From: Sphyrna mokarran
Lineage: Eukaryota
Direction: 5' to 3'
Length of the DNA stretch: 64,000 nt
NCBI GenBank assembly: GCA_024679065.1
Contig: JAGIQG010000008.1
Coordinates: 50,096,001-50,160,000, forward strand
Shown here: one piece after another, positions 63,633 to 64,000 of the stretch
Layout: every line of letters begins with the position of its first letter
Position numbering within the stretch: position 1 is the stretch's first letter
Notes under the pieces: model-generated
What the model was told of the DNA's origin: nothing
What the model saw: the letters and a program-made list of their open reading frames with translations, nothing else
Database searches by the model: none
Program-made: the position numbers and the translations under genes

Positions 63633-64000
63633 GGAGAAGGGTGGAATTAAATTGAGTGGAGGGCTCATATGAAACATGAACATTGGCAAAGACCAGTTAG
63701 GTAACTTGCTTCTGTGCCACAGTTTCTATGTAATTCCGTAACCACATAGATTTGAATACCTTTGCCAGCTGGATTAATATACTAGACAGCCAACTTTCAG
63801 AGATTAGTTGACAGAATGTCGCCAATGGGTCTGATATCAATCCACAATGGTATATTAAACTTTTCTGTGTTTGACAGAAACGAAGCTTCAAATAATTTTG
63901 ATGGTCAGATCAAAATGTATATTTTGTGCCATGCTGCATCAAGCCATTGAAACAAGGAATTTGGAAAAAATATTAACAAAGAAGGAAAATGCTTTTTTGT

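Overview
Repeat-rich vertebrate intronic or intergenic DNA. The repeat families (CR1 LINEs, HE1-type V-SINEs, SacSINE1-type DeuSINEs, Rex1/Babar LINEs, Penelope-type hairpins) point to a cartilaginous fish, probably a shark (inference). No host protein-coding gene is recognisable; almost all long ORFs are decayed transposon genes. There are three fossil PIF/Harbinger transposons (HARBI1-like transposase, two with a convergent Myb/SANT partner gene), many CR1 copies that are often nested, five Rex1 fragments, solo-LTR candidates and MITEs. The most unusual signal is a set of CR1 LINEs from two diverged subfamilies (4 copies) whose ~500-bp 3' UTR contains a degenerate V-SINE preceded by a conserved splice-acceptor-like site and a conserved stem. 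Also notable: V-SINEs with a Rex1-like tail, minimal hammerhead-ribozyme motifs in Penelope-type repeats, templated insertions at LINE 5' junctions, and a candidate 15-nt microexon in CpG-retaining unique DNA. Boundaries were read by eye and are approximate unless junction bases are quoted; family names were assigned from memory of diagnostic motifs, not a database search.
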